Below, piece after piece: positions 9,882 to 20,847 of a stretch of DNA of 64,000 nucleotides. The translations under genes were made by a program, and so were the position numbers. The DNA is from Candidatus Microgenomates bacterium (GTDB taxonomy: Bacteria; Patescibacteriota; JACPGU01), in contig JACPGU010000004.1 of the NCBI GenBank assembly GCA_016188915.1, positions 40,198 through 104,197 of the forward strand, written 5' to 3'. The notes under the pieces were generated by a model, which made no database searches, was not told the DNA's origin, and saw nothing but the letters and a program-made list of their open reading frames with translations. The number at the start of each line of letters is the position of its first letter. The stretch's first letter is position 1.

Positions 9882-11015
9882 ATGCTCATAGGTATCGATG
9901 CGTCAAAAATAGGAGTGAAGGGAAAAACGGGCGTTGAAGAATACGCGACGCAGATTTTGCGTTATTTAATAAAAAATGACCGAACCAATCGCTATATTCT
10001 TTACGCTCCGCATGATATTAGTCCAGCCTTGGACAAACTGCCTGACAATTTTTCTCTAAAAATTATCTCCGCCCCTTTTTTTTGGACGCAGATAAGATTG
10101 GCGTGGCAGATTTGGAAAGACCATTTGGATTTATTTTTTACTCCCAGTTACGCGCCGCCAGTTTTTTGTTTTGTTCCTCATATTGCCGTTATCCATGATG
10201 TAGCCTTCCGTCTTTTTCCTGAAAATTATACCCTATTACAGAGAATGATTTTGGAGATTACTACCAGATTGGCAATAGGGCGCGCTAAAAAAATAATCAC
10301 TATCTCGCAGACGACAAAAAATGATCTAGTCCATCTATTTCGCGCTCAATCTTTGAAAATAGAAGTGACCTATTTGGGCTTTGACGACACAATGATTAAA
10401 TGGCGGCATTTTGACAAAAATGTTTGGGAAAATATCAGTGAAAAGTTTAACATCAAAAAACCCTATCTTTTATTCGTAGGGAGGATAGAGGGCAAAAAAA
10501 ATCTCGGCAATCTTCTGCAAGCTTTTTACAATCTATTGGCCGAAGGGCAAGATTTGCAAATGATTTTGGCGGGCAAAGACGGAGTGGGGGCGGATGAAGT
10601 GCGAGCGGTGGCCGCTAAATACAATCTAGACGACAAAGTGATTTTTACCGGATACATTAGCGAGGAAGAAAAAAAATATTTGCTTTCTCGTTGTCTTTGC
10701 TTTACTTTTGTTCCGAAATACGAAGGCTTTGGTATCCCCGTGCTGGAAGCGATGGCGATGAATATCCCAGTGGTAGCTTCGGACATTCCGGTTTTTCACG
10801 AATTGTACCGTGACGCGGTTATTTTGACCAAACCGGAAGATCCTGATGCTATCGCCTATGGAATAAAAAGTTTACTGGACGATCCAGAAAGAATAAAAAT
10901 TTTAAAAGAAAGAGGGAAAAAAATGGTCAAAGATTTTTCTTGGGACTATTGCGGAGAGAAGATTTTGAGTATAATAAATGAGGCTACTAAAGATAAAAAT
11001 GATAGGAGGATATAG
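9882..11015 (+). CDS. Glycosyltransferase family 1 (GT4-like)
   Basis: C-terminal EGFGIPVLEAMA motif and a Rossmann-like GT-B fold pattern. Confidence 0.7.
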   Translation: MLIGIDASKIGVKGKTGVEEYATQILRYLIKNDRTNRYILYAPHDISPALDKLPDNFSLKIISAPFFWTQIRLAWQIWKDHLDLFFTPSYAPPVFCFVPHIAVIHDVAFRLFPENYTLLQRMILEITTRLAIGRAKKIITISQTTKNDLVHLFRAQSLKIEVTYLGFDDTMIKWRHFDKNVWENISEKFNIKKPYLLFVGRIEGKKNLGNLLQAFYNLLAEGQDLQMILAGKDGVGADEVRAVAAKYNLDDKVIFTGYISEEEKKYLLSRCLCFTFVPKYEGFGIPVLEAMAMNIPVVASDIPVFHELYRDAVILTKPEDPDAIAYGIKSLLDDPERIKILKERGKKMVKDFSWDYCGEKILSIINEATKDKNDRRI

Positions 11016-11623
11016 TGTTTGACCTGGTAACCTTGATTAAGGCGGTAGGGTATTTAGGCATATTTGGCATTGTTTTTGCCGAATCAGGCCTTTTGATTGG
11101 ATTTTTTCTGCCTGGCGATTCCCTGCTTTTTACGGCCGGTTTTTTGGCATCGGGCGGATATCTGGACATCAATATTTTGATTGCTCTGATTTTTGTTGGA
11201 GCAGTTTTGGGAGATAATACAGGCTACGCTTTTGGCCACAAGATGGGACCAAGGGTTTTTAAATCAGAAGAATCGGTTTTTTTTCATAAAAAACATTTGA
11301 CGCAGGCGGAAAATTTTTTCAAAAAACACGGAGGCAAAACTTTGATTTTGGCGCGTTTTATTCCGGCTATCAGAACTTTTGCTCCGATTTTGGCCGGCGT
11401 GGGTCAGATGTCTTACCGAATTTTTTTTCTATATAATGTAGTTGGCGCCGCCCTTTGGTCTATTGGAGTGACTTTGGCTGGATTTTATTTGGGGCGGCTG
11501 ATCCCTGATGTCGATCATTATCTTTTGCCTATAGTGGGGGGAATAGTTTTTGTTTCTATTTTGCCTGGGCTTTGGCAGGTGATAAAAATTAGAAGGTCAA
11601 AAAGGCGAAGCTCTGAAGGGTAG
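11015..11623 (+). CDS. DedA/SNARE-associated family membrane protein
   Basis: LPGDSLLFTAGFLA and GxxxG(Y/H) motifs typical of DedA. Multi-TM. Confidence 0.65.
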   Translation: MFDLVTLIKAVGYLGIFGIVFAESGLLIGFFLPGDSLLFTAGFLASGGYLDINILIALIFVGAVLGDNTGYAFGHKMGPRVFKSEESVFFHKKHLTQAENFFKKHGGKTLILARFIPAIRTFAPILAGVGQMSYRIFFLYNVVGAALWSIGVTLAGFYLGRLIPDVDHYLLPIVGGIVFVSILPGLWQVIKIRRSKRRSSEG

Positions 11624-11766
11624 ATTGACTTTTTTATACTAATATTGAGTAATAAAGATTTTCTCAATAACGTCTTGATTTTTTGGCTAAATAGTGCTAC
11701 TTTTGTCAATAACGTCCCTCGTGGGGCAATAGTGTGGCTTAAAAAAAAACGAATAAAGGAGGCGGC

Positions 11767-14269
11767 CATGAACCGCGCGAAAATAGCAGTTCTAGCAATT
11801 TTGCTGGTTGTAGCGTCCGCGACTGTTTCGGTCGCCGAAATGATCAATCTTTCTTTTGAGAAAGGTTGGCAGACGGTTTCTTTTGGATTTTATTGGCAGG
11901 GGAGCGATCTTTTTGATTTGCTTTCACAAAACCAGATCCAAGTTTTTTCTTTTGACAAAAGCTTGGGTTATTCGGAAAAAGTAGTATCGGCTTCCAGCCT
12001 GAAAGCAGGAAGGCCATATTGGCTTTTTGCTAAATCAGCGGCTACTTTTTCAATTGACGGCAACAAGATTCTTCCTTCCGATACTTTCATAACCGCTTTG
12101 GCTGGTTGGAATCTGCTACCCAATCCTTTTTGGAGCGAAGCGGATCTGACTTGTCGAAGCAAACTTTCCGGCGTGCCCTTTGATTCTTCCGCCTATGTTT
12201 TCACGGGCGAAGAATATGTGGCGACCACGACTATTCCTATCGGCGCTTCTTTCTTCTTCAAGGTGGCGCAGAACACGAATTTGGAGATTTTTACCACTTC
12301 TATTTACGAATGTGGCGATGGTATTTTTACTGCCGCTTGCGAAGCCTGCGATGATGGCGCCAATAACGGCCAGATAGGATTTTGCAATCTTTCTTGCGCA
12401 GGAATGGTTTTGGCCACCTGCAATGGCATCGCGGTGGATGAAGGCGAAATCTGTGACGGCAACCAGCAGATCTGTTCTGATGGTTGTTATAGTGGCCTAG
12501 AAGATTGTCTTGTGGATTGTTCCGGCTGGGAGGAATGCGTGGTGACTGGGCAATCCTGTGGCGATGGCGTTAAGACTGGCTGCGAATTTTGCGACGACGG
12601 CGCCAATAACGGTCAGATGGGGTTTTGCAGCCTGGACTGTGGATCTATTTTGCCTTCTCTTTGCGGGAACGGCGATTTGGACAACGGCGAATATTGCGAT
12701 TCGGATACGATTGTTTGCAATGACGGTTGCTATATCGGATCGCAAACCTGTCTTTTGGACTGTTCGGCGTATGAGACCTGCGATGTCGGGTCTCAATCTT
12801 GCGGCGATGGTATAAAAAACGGTTGCGAGACTTGCGACGACGGTGCCAATAACGGCCAGCCCGAATTTTGCAATCTCTCTTGCAACGGTCAGACATCGGC
12901 TCTTTGCGGGAATGGGACTCTGGATATTGGCGAGATATGCGAAGTAGGAGCATTCAAATCATGCAGGGATGAAGCTACCAATTGTTACGACGGATCGCGT
13001 TATTGCAAAACCGATTGCACCGGCTATGAGAGCGTTTGCGATATCGGTGGCCAACGTTGCGACAATGGAATCCAGGAAGGCTGTGAGACTTGCGACGACG
13101 GCGCGGCCAATGGGACGCCCAATCATTGCAACGCGATCTGCCATGGCACAACTTCTTCTGTTTGCGACAATGGCGTGGTGGAATTTGGCGAGGATTGCGA
13201 TCCGCCGGATACTAACACGGATTGCCCCTATGGCGAGATGAGCTGTTTCGTTTGCGGGGTAAATTGCCAAGATGTTTTCGGCATACCCCATTATTGCAGC
13301 GATGGGACGCTGGATTTGTCATCTGGCGAGCAGTGCGATGACGACAATACGCTGAATGGCGATGGCTGTTCGGCTGATTGTCAGGTGGAGGTCCCACCCT
13401 ATGCCACCCAGACTTTTGTTTTGAAATGGGGGATTACCGGATCGGGGAATGGACAATTTTCCACTCCGCGCGACCTGGACACCGACACCAATGGCAATGT
13501 CTATGTGGTGGACCAGGACAATGACCGAGTGCAGAAATTTGACGCCGACGGCAACTGGCTGGCCAGTTTTGGTCCGGCAATTGTCGGCACGATAGATCTT
13601 TGGACTCCGGAAGGCGTTTGCGTCAGTCCCAATAGCGGGACGATCGCTATCACCGATAGAGATAATTCGCGAGTAGTACTGCTGGATTATTTTGGCAACT
13701 ACTTGCGGGAGTTCGGCGGATCTGGCGATAGTGATGGGGAGTTTTATGAGCCACGAGGCTGTGTCTGGGACAAAGATGACAATATCTATGTTGCAGATAG
13801 TAGTCCTCAGGTGGGAGATAGCCTTCATCACCGAGTGCAGAAATTTGATATCCAGGGACAATTCCTGAATGTCAAATGGGGGCAGAAAGGCTCTGTTGAC
13901 GGACAATTCAGTGGTCCCATTGGAATCATCATTGATCAGTGGGGCTATGTCTATGTGGCGGATAGCGGAAACCATCGCGTCCAGAAATTTGACGCCGATG
14001 GAACATTCGTTGCCAAATGGGGGAGCCCCCTGACGATGTCCTGGCCGACCTACCTGGATATAGACGCCAACAATCGTCTCTATGTGGTGGATTTCGGTTA
14101 CGCGGAAGTGGATGTTTTTGAAACCGATGGCCAGCAGGTGGGAAAAGTCGGAGTAAACGGTAGCGCTGATGGGGAATTCAATAATCCTATCGGAGTCGCT
14201 GTCTCCGGTACCACGGTCTATGTATCGGATATGACCAGCACGAGAAATAACGTGCAAAAATTTCAATAA
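11767..14269 (+). CDS. Secreted protein with 4-5 tandem cysteine-rich repeats followed by a C-terminal NHL-type repeat region
   Basis: Strong SD (AAGGAGG) 7 nt before the ATG at 11767. Signal peptide MNRAKIAVLAILLVVASATVSVA. Repeats CGDG..GCExCDDGANNGQ.GFC.L.C, with the last repeat ...CDDDNTLNGDGCSADC. NHL-like repeats (YVVDQDNDRVQKFD, YVADSGNHRVQKFD). The track start at 11645 is probably too far upstream. Confidence 0.65.
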
Positions 14270-14283
14270 AGGCAATTTTGCCA

Positions 14284-14314
14284 AGCGCTCCGGGAGATCG
14301 GAGCGCTTTTATTT
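14284..14314 (+). terminator. Rho-independent terminator (AGCGCTCCG ggagat CGGAGCGCT + TTTTATTT)
   Basis: Perfect 9-bp stem plus a T-run right after the 11767-14269 CDS. Confidence 0.7.
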
Positions 14315-14339
14315 CATAGAAAATTGCGTTGCAAGGACT

Positions 14340-15287
14340 CTACTTTACCAATTCTGATTCGGCGTAGATAGCGTAATCTAGCATACCCACGATCTGGCCG
14401 GTGGAACGGTCCATTTCCACGATAATTTTTCTCACCACATTGCCGAAATAACCGGTGGATTCAATGATCGTCTTGGGTGTGGTCATCAGATCACTACTGC
14501 TTCCTCGCGTGATATTGAGATTGACGAAGGGGATGGAGCTATCCTTGGGCGCGCTGCCTTCGGTATAGATATTGGTGCCCGGTTCGGGCAGAGATTTGGT
14601 GTACCAAGGTTTGATGCGGATAATTTTTTTACCTACGCCGGTTCGAGATGATTGTATTCTGACTGATTTATTAAATGTACTAGTAAAAAACTTCCCTCCT
14701 TTTTCAATCGGGATGATACTGCCCTCTTCGTCATAGACGGTTATTTCCATCCGGTAGCCGCTGCGTTCAGAGCCGGCTAATATTTCTGTGGCCGGGTTGG
14801 GAGTCCACTCAATCTTCAAATCTCCCGTCAAACTGGGAATACCGATTTCCACCACATCGTCGCGGTTGACCTGGAGATTTTGAATTTGCGGAGTTTTGTA
14901 CCACATCTTCAATCCATAGTAGCGAGACTTCGGGTCTTTGGCGCCGGCAGCAGTACAAATGTTAGCAGAAAGCCGTCCCATCTGGAGATTGTCTTTGTCT
15001 AGATTGACGCACCGCGGACTATTATTGGTTTTGTCCGTGACATCCACATTGGCGTTGGTATCGTTTTCAAAAGAAATTTCGCTGTCTTTGTTATACCGCC
15101 AGGAAAGTAGCGCCTCTTCCAGTCCCGCTTCGGCGGCGTAGTAGGCGATCAAAGAATTATCAATCCTGGTAGAATTTTTTACCTCATCTAGCATCTCTCT
15201 GGTGAAAAGTCCGATAGAAGTCAGCATGATTCCAGAAATAATCAAGGTAGTGATGAGGGCGATACCCCGCTCTTTTTTCCTTGTCAT
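14340..15287 (-). CDS. Type IV pilus minor pilin, PilX-like
   Basis: N-terminus MTRKKERGIALITTLIISGIMLTSIGLF (PilX_N-like hydrophobic segment) followed by an extracytoplasmic domain. Confidence 0.4.
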   Translation of the reverse strand: MTRKKERGIALITTLIISGIMLTSIGLFTREMLDEVKNSTRIDNSLIAYYAAEAGLEEALLSWRYNKDSEISFENDTNANVDVTDKTNNSPRCVNLDKDNLQMGRLSANICTAAGAKDPKSRYYGLKMWYKTPQIQNLQVNRDDVVEIGIPSLTGDLKIEWTPNPATEILAGSERSGYRMEITVYDEEGSIIPIEKGGKFFTSTFNKSVRIQSSRTGVGKKIIRIKPWYTKSLPEPGTNIYTEGSAPKDSSIPFVNLNITRGSSSDLMTTPKTIIESTGYFGNVVRKIIVEMDRSTGQIVGMLDYAIYAESELVK

Positions 15288-17866
15288 TATTCTATATTTA
15301 TTTTTATACTGTCGTTGGCGGTCAGCCCCAGTTTATCGGTCAAGATCACTTTCAAAGTTGCCTCTCCGCTGACGCTGTCCGGCAGAGTAAAATCGGTCAG
15401 CCCAAAAGGCGCCTCAGTATTTTCAGCTATTTTTACTTCGTCTAGGAAATACTCAATTTTAGCGACTTCTTTGGGCGCTTTGTAATTCAAAATAACAGAC
15501 AGAGTATCGGCAATAATCTGGTTTTTGATAGGGGAGGTGATTTTTAGTTCTGGTTGATTTTCCTTAACTAAAACAGAACAATTTTCTACTTCGCTGGGGA
15601 TATTGTTGTGCCCGGCGGCTTTGGCCCAATTGATCACCGCGTCTTCCCAGCTTTTTACATTAGGCAAAATAGAGTGAAATTCCAGAAAAATTTTGTTTTC
15701 CGTAATACCGTCCGGACAATTGTCGGCCGCTTTTTTGCCTGTTTCTTTGATCACCCTTACTATTTTGTGCACATCGTCAACGGCGGTGGGAGCTTGACCT
15801 TTCAAAAATACTTCTCGGCGGAGAGGTAGGCTCTCTTTCAGTTCTTCCGGAATATTGGCCAGGGGCTGTTTGCCTGTTAGCGCGTCTATTTCGGCGTATT
15901 CAATACCAGAAGGCACAGAAAATTGCTCTACTGGCGTACCGGCCAAGGCCTTTCTCATATAATAATTCCAGATCGGCGCGGCCACCATGCCACCCGATGC
16001 TCCCGCCATTGGTGTATTGTCGTTATTGCCGGCCCAGACACCAGTGACCAAAGACGGAGTGTAGCCCATCGTCCAGGCGTCGCGATATTCATCAGTTGTT
16101 CCAGTTTTGGCGGCAACTGGTCGGCCGGGTAGGGTCAGGATGCCACCAGTGCCGAAGATTTCAGCGCGAGCCGAATCATCGGACAAAACATTAGTCACCA
16201 GATAGGCGACATTTTCATCCAAAACTTTTATGCCCTTATGCTCGGACTCTTTATATTCATAGACATCCTTGCCATTTTTGTCAGTAATTTTCAAGATAGT
16301 AATTGGCTCATAATAGATGCCTTGGCTGGCCAAAGTAGCGTAAGCGGCCGCTTCTTCCAGGAGTCTCACCTCGCCACCGCCCAAAACTAGAGACAGTCCA
16401 TAGCGGTCCGGATCGGTTAAAGATTTCAAGCCCATTTTTTGCGCCAAATCAGTTGCTTCTTTTACTCCGACCAAGGCTAGCGCTTCAACGGCTGGGATGT
16501 TCAAAGAATTGCCCAAAGCTCTCCTAATAGAGACAGGGCCGCGGAAAGATTTGTCATAATTCAAAGGTTTGTAGCCATTGCCGAAATCAGTTGGCACATC
16601 CATTAGCATGGTAGAAGGGGAGTAGCCCTGGGTGAAAGCGGCCGCGTAAATAATAGGCTTGATGGAAGATCCAGGCTGGCGCAGTCTGACGGCCACATTG
16701 ACATTGCCGTCATTTTCTTTGTCAAAATAGTCAACCGAACCGACCATAGCCAAGACTTGGCCGTTTTTGGGATCCAGCGATACCAATGACGCATTTTTAG
16801 CACCGCGGGCGGTAAGGCTGGTCCGATTGGCATCCATCGCTTCTTCGGCTATTTTTTGTTTGGTAAGATCAAGTGTGGTAGTGACGACAAAGCCATCATT
16901 GGCCAATTGATCTTCTCCGAATTGTTCAGCCAAAAGTTCTCTGACATACATTACGAAATGGGGAGCTGTAATACCCTGATTTGGTTCGGAAAATTTGATT
17001 ACTTCGGCTTTGGCAACAGCAGCTTGCTCCTTGGTGATTAGATGCAGCTCTGCCATTTGGTCCAGGGCAAAATCTTTGCGTCCCATCAGAATATCGGTAT
17101 TGGAACCGTAGGGATTGTAATAGGTGGGCGCTTGGGGCAGAGAAGCTAGGAGCGCCGATTCGGCTAGAGTTAAATCTTTGGCGTCTTTGTCAAAATATGT
17201 TTTGGCGGCCGCTTGTACTCCATAGGCGTTATTGCCATAGGGGATTTCGTTCAAATACATAGTCAGGATCTCGTTTTTGGAATAAATCTGCTCAATCTCA
17301 ATAGACAAAATGAATTCTTTGATTTTGCGAGAGATTTTTTTATTGCCGGATAAAACAGCATTTTTGACGAATTGCTGGGTGATGGTGGAACCTCCTTGTT
17401 TGGCCTCGCGATGGAAGATGTCATAGACTATGGCGCGGGCGATGCCTTTCAGATTGAATCCGGAATGTTTATAAAAATCGCGATCTTCCAGGGCTACTGT
17501 TGCTTGTTTGACGGCATCGGGAATATCTTCAAATTTAATCAATGTCCTATTTTCTTCGCCGTGGATTTGATAGAGAAGCTCGCCATTTCTATCTACTATT
17601 TTAGTAGATTGGGCGACGATTCTTTTGTTTAATTTGTAAGGATTGGGTAGGTCTTTGGAGTACCACAAAAAAAGCGTGGCAATGATTAAAACAAAGCCAA
17701 AGGCGGTATAGGCAATAGTTTTCGGCCAAGGGAGATTGGATGATCTGATCTTTTCCAAAATTTGTCCGACAAAGGGGATTTTAATCCTTATTGGCCGCGT
17801 GGTCTGTGAAGTATAGGTGTAGTGAGCGCCAGCTACTCTCTGGCGCCGGCGAGAAAAGCGTCTCAT
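15287..17866 (-). CDS. Bifunctional class A penicillin-binding protein (transglycosylase/transpeptidase)
   Basis: N-terminal TM helix. GT51 motifs (EDRDFYKHSGF, GGSTITQQ). Transpeptidase motifs (SSIKP, SLN, KTGT). Extra C-terminal domain. Confidence 0.8.
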   Translation of the reverse strand: MRRFSRRRQRVAGAHYTYTSQTTRPIRIKIPFVGQILEKIRSSNLPWPKTIAYTAFGFVLIIATLFLWYSKDLPNPYKLNKRIVAQSTKIVDRNGELLYQIHGEENRTLIKFEDIPDAVKQATVALEDRDFYKHSGFNLKGIARAIVYDIFHREAKQGGSTITQQFVKNAVLSGNKKISRKIKEFILSIEIEQIYSKNEILTMYLNEIPYGNNAYGVQAAAKTYFDKDAKDLTLAESALLASLPQAPTYYNPYGSNTDILMGRKDFALDQMAELHLITKEQAAVAKAEVIKFSEPNQGITAPHFVMYVRELLAEQFGEDQLANDGFVVTTTLDLTKQKIAEEAMDANRTSLTARGAKNASLVSLDPKNGQVLAMVGSVDYFDKENDGNVNVAVRLRQPGSSIKPIIYAAAFTQGYSPSTMLMDVPTDFGNGYKPLNYDKSFRGPVSIRRALGNSLNIPAVEALALVGVKEATDLAQKMGLKSLTDPDRYGLSLVLGGGEVRLLEEAAAYATLASQGIYYEPITILKITDKNGKDVYEYKESEHKGIKVLDENVAYLVTNVLSDDSARAEIFGTGGILTLPGRPVAAKTGTTDEYRDAWTMGYTPSLVTGVWAGNNDNTPMAGASGGMVAAPIWNYYMRKALAGTPVEQFSVPSGIEYAEIDALTGKQPLANIPEELKESLPLRREVFLKGQAPTAVDDVHKIVRVIKETGKKAADNCPDGITENKIFLEFHSILPNVKSWEDAVINWAKAAGHNNIPSEVENCSVLVKENQPELKITSPIKNQIIADTLSVILNYKAPKEVAKIEYFLDEVKIAENTEAPFGLTDFTLPDSVSGEATLKVILTDKLGLTANDSIKINIE

Positions 17867-17933
17867 ATATTAGAGATTATTGTTTTGATATTATTATAGC
17901 AAAAAGCTTTGCTGTCTGCTAGAATAAAACTAT

Positions 17934-19139
17934 ATGAAAAAAGCAGATGATCAAAAAATAAAAGAGATTTTGACGCGGGGGGTAGAGCAAGTTTTTCCCT
18001 CTTTGGGTGCTGTGGAAAAGATTTTAGCAGGTGGCCGTAAATTAAAAATATATTACGGCATTGATCCGACGGGGAAATCTTTGCATTTGGGACATTTGAT
18101 TCAGCTCCGCAAATTAAGAGATTTTCAAAAATTGGGACACGAAATAATTATTTTGCTGGGTGATTTTACGGCGCAAATAGGCGATCCGACAGACAAGATG
18201 GCGGCCAGAAAACCGCTTACTCACAAACAGGTTCTGGCCAATGCCAAAGATTACAAAAAACAAATAGCCCGAATTTTGGACATCAAAAGTTCTCGGGTGA
18301 GATTTTTGCGTAATGAGAAATGGACCAATAAGCTCAAGCCGGTGGATTTGCTGGAGATCGCTTCTCATTTTACGACCAGTCAGCTTTTGAGTAGAGAAAT
18401 GTTCCAAAAAAGAATCAAAGACGGCAAAGATATTCATGTGCACGAATTCCTTTATCCGATTTTTCAAGCTTATGATTCCGTCACTATGAATGTGGATATG
18501 GAGATAGGTGGCAATGACCAAATGTTTAATATGTTGGCCGGGCGCGATTTGGTGAAAAAAATGCTAGGCAAGGAAAAAATTGTTTTGACGACGAGACTAT
18601 TGGTGGATCATGAGGGCAAAAAAATGGGTAAAACAGAGGGCAATATGGTAAACCTTTCTGATAGCCCAAATGATATGTTTGGCAAAATAATGAGCTGGCC
18701 AGATGGACTGATTGTCCCAGGGTTGGAACTTTTGACGGATATACCAATGGCGGGGGTAGACAGTCTCAAGAAAGATTTGGGGAAAAATGCCAATCCGCGC
18801 GATATCAAATTCAAATTGGCTATGGAGATAGTGCGCGCTTATTATGGCGACGGGGCATCGCTTAAAGCAGGGGAGGCGTTCAACAGAATTTTTCGTGACA
18901 AAAAAACGCCCAAGGAAATGAAAGAAGTAAAAATAAAATCAGCCAATCTGCCGGTAGTAGAACTCTTGCGTCAGGCGGGAATCGTTCAAAGCAATAATGA
19001 GGCCAGACGTTTGATAGAGCAAGGGGGACTAAAAATAGACAACGCTAGAATCGGCGATTTCAATGCCTCAGTAGGCATCTACGATGGTTTGGTTATTCAG
19101 GCCGGAAGACACCGATTTGTCAGAGTAAAAAGAGGATAG
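17934..19139 (+). CDS. tyrS: Tyrosine--tRNA ligase
   Basis: HIGH motif (HLGHL), KMGKT (KMSKS-like), and a C-terminal S4 RNA-binding domain. Confidence 0.75.
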   Translation: MKKADDQKIKEILTRGVEQVFPSLGAVEKILAGGRKLKIYYGIDPTGKSLHLGHLIQLRKLRDFQKLGHEIIILLGDFTAQIGDPTDKMAARKPLTHKQVLANAKDYKKQIARILDIKSSRVRFLRNEKWTNKLKPVDLLEIASHFTTSQLLSREMFQKRIKDGKDIHVHEFLYPIFQAYDSVTMNVDMEIGGNDQMFNMLAGRDLVKKMLGKEKIVLTTRLLVDHEGKKMGKTEGNMVNLSDSPNDMFGKIMSWPDGLIVPGLELLTDIPMAGVDSLKKDLGKNANPRDIKFKLAMEIVRAYYGDGASLKAGEAFNRIFRDKKTPKEMKEVKIKSANLPVVELLRQAGIVQSNNEARRLIEQGGLKIDNARIGDFNASVGIYDGLVIQAGRHRFVRVKRG

Positions 19140-19150
19140 GGTTTTCTCAG

Positions 19151-20800
19151 ATGAAAGATTTGATTAGACAGCGAATAAATAATGCCGTCAAAAAGAAATT
19201 TCAAATCAAAGATTTTGAATGCTCTTTAGATGTGCCAGATAATAACAAATTCGGCGATTATTCAACAAATTTGGCCTTTGCTTTGGCTAAAAAAACAAAG
19301 AAAAGTCCGAAGGAAATTGCCGAGGCCATAGCTCTGGAAATGGCCAAAATAAAAGATTTCCAAAAAGTAGAGGTAGCCGGCGGGGGATTCATCAATTTTT
19401 TTATAAATCCTGCTATTTTAGAAAAAGCCGTTGGAGAGATTTTGAAAGCGAAGAGGAAATATGGCAGTAGGGCAATAAATCAAAAAAACAACAAATCAAA
19501 AAAACAAAAAACTATGGTGGAATTCCTCTCCGCCAATCCGACCGGGCCGATGACTTTGGGTAACGGCAGGGGAGGATTTTCTGGTGATACATTGAGCAAT
19601 GTTTTGGCGCTATCCGGCCATAATATTTTCCGTGAATACTATATCAATGATGCTGGCAACCAAGTCAAAGAAGTACTCTCCAAGTCAGTAAAAAAAGCCC
19701 TAGGGATAGATCTCAAAATAGAAGAAGGAGAAGAGTTGTACGGAGGAGCGTATATTGAAGAAATAGCGCGCAAAATCAAAAAAGAAAAGGGGATAGAATG
19801 GGTCGCCAAAACACATAGCAGGGTAGGAGTCTTGGCGGCTAAAATTATTTTGCAAAATTTGATAAAAAAAGATGTCAAAAGTTTTGGCATCCGCTACGAC
19901 AATTGGCTTTCGGAAGAAAGCTTACACAAAAAGGGCCTACTGGACAAAACATGGAAGATTTTGATTAAAAAAAATATGGTTTATGAAGAAGAAGAGGCCT
20001 ATTGGCTGAAGACTACTAAATACGGCGATGACAAAAATAGGGTGATCAAAACCAATGAAGGCAATTATACCTATCTGATGGGTGATATTGCCCTACTCTA
20101 TGATCGTTTTGTTTTGCGCAAATTTGACAAAGTAATTGTTTTCGTTGGGGCGGACCATCATGGCTATCTGGGCCGTTGGTATGCCGCCTGTGAGATGTTG
20201 GGGATAAAAAAAGATAGATTGGTAATCATTGTTATGCAAATAGTTCGCGCGATCCAAAGCGGCGAGGAAGTGAGGATGAGCAAAAGAAAGGGGACATTCA
20301 TTACTTTGCGCGAAGTAGTAGAAGACATAGGACTGGACGCGGCTAGATATTTTTTCATTTCTCGCGATTTTAACACCCATATTGATATAGATTTGGATTT
20401 GGCCAAAGAAGAAAACAATAGAAACCCGGTTTACTATATCCAGTATGCTTCGGCGAGAATGAATAGTGTGCTCGCTAAAGTGAGAAATCACAAAAGACGA
20501 ATCACAAAACATAAAAAAATCTCAAATCTTAATGACCAAAATTCTAAATATGAATTGGATTTGATAAAAAAAATGCTAGAATGGCCGGGGCTGATTTCTG
20601 AAATAGCGGGTAATTTCCAAGTGTATAAAGTAGCCAATTACGCCTATGAATTAGCGGGAGTATTCCACAGGTTTTACGATAATTGTCGGATCATTGGAGA
20701 CGAAAGAGAAAAAGAAAGACTACTTTTGATCAGGGCTAGCAAAATTATTCTGGAAAGCGTGTTAAGGGTTATGGGCATAGAGGCCAAAAAAAAGATGTAA
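19151..20800 (+). CDS. argS: Arginine--tRNA ligase
   Basis: SANPTGPMTLGNGRGG (ArgRS HIGH-region equivalent) and a DALR anticodon-binding C-terminus. Confidence 0.8.
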   Translation: MKDLIRQRINNAVKKKFQIKDFECSLDVPDNNKFGDYSTNLAFALAKKTKKSPKEIAEAIALEMAKIKDFQKVEVAGGGFINFFINPAILEKAVGEILKAKRKYGSRAINQKNNKSKKQKTMVEFLSANPTGPMTLGNGRGGFSGDTLSNVLALSGHNIFREYYINDAGNQVKEVLSKSVKKALGIDLKIEEGEELYGGAYIEEIARKIKKEKGIEWVAKTHSRVGVLAAKIILQNLIKKDVKSFGIRYDNWLSEESLHKKGLLDKTWKILIKKNMVYEEEEAYWLKTTKYGDDKNRVIKTNEGNYTYLMGDIALLYDRFVLRKFDKVIVFVGADHHGYLGRWYAACEMLGIKKDRLVIIVMQIVRAIQSGEEVRMSKRKGTFITLREVVEDIGLDAARYFFISRDFNTHIDIDLDLAKEENNRNPVYYIQYASARMNSVLAKVRNHKRRITKHKKISNLNDQNSKYELDLIKKMLEWPGLISEIAGNFQVYKVANYAYELAGVFHRFYDNCRIIGDEREKERLLLIRASKIILESVLRVMGIEAKKKM

Positions 20801-20830
20801 AAAAATCTGCCAAATGGCAGATTTTTTTAC
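20801..20830. terminator. Bidirectional rho-independent terminator (AAAAATCTGCCA AA TGGCAGATTTTTTT)
   Basis: Perfect palindrome with A/T runs on both sides, between the convergent argS and the 741-aa gene. Confidence 0.75.
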
Positions 20831-20847
20831 ATTCAATTGACTATTTT

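Noticed and set aside
12180-14284. Many antisense or alternative-frame ORFs (12180-12377, 12497-12796, 12558-12815, 12645-12953, 12959-13291, 12969-13241, 13212-13397, 13319-14284)
   Set aside because: All lie inside the long, GC-rich, repeat-containing 11767-14269 gene, whose repeat and NHL motifs give a coherent reading frame. GC-rich repeats generate long spurious ORFs on other frames.
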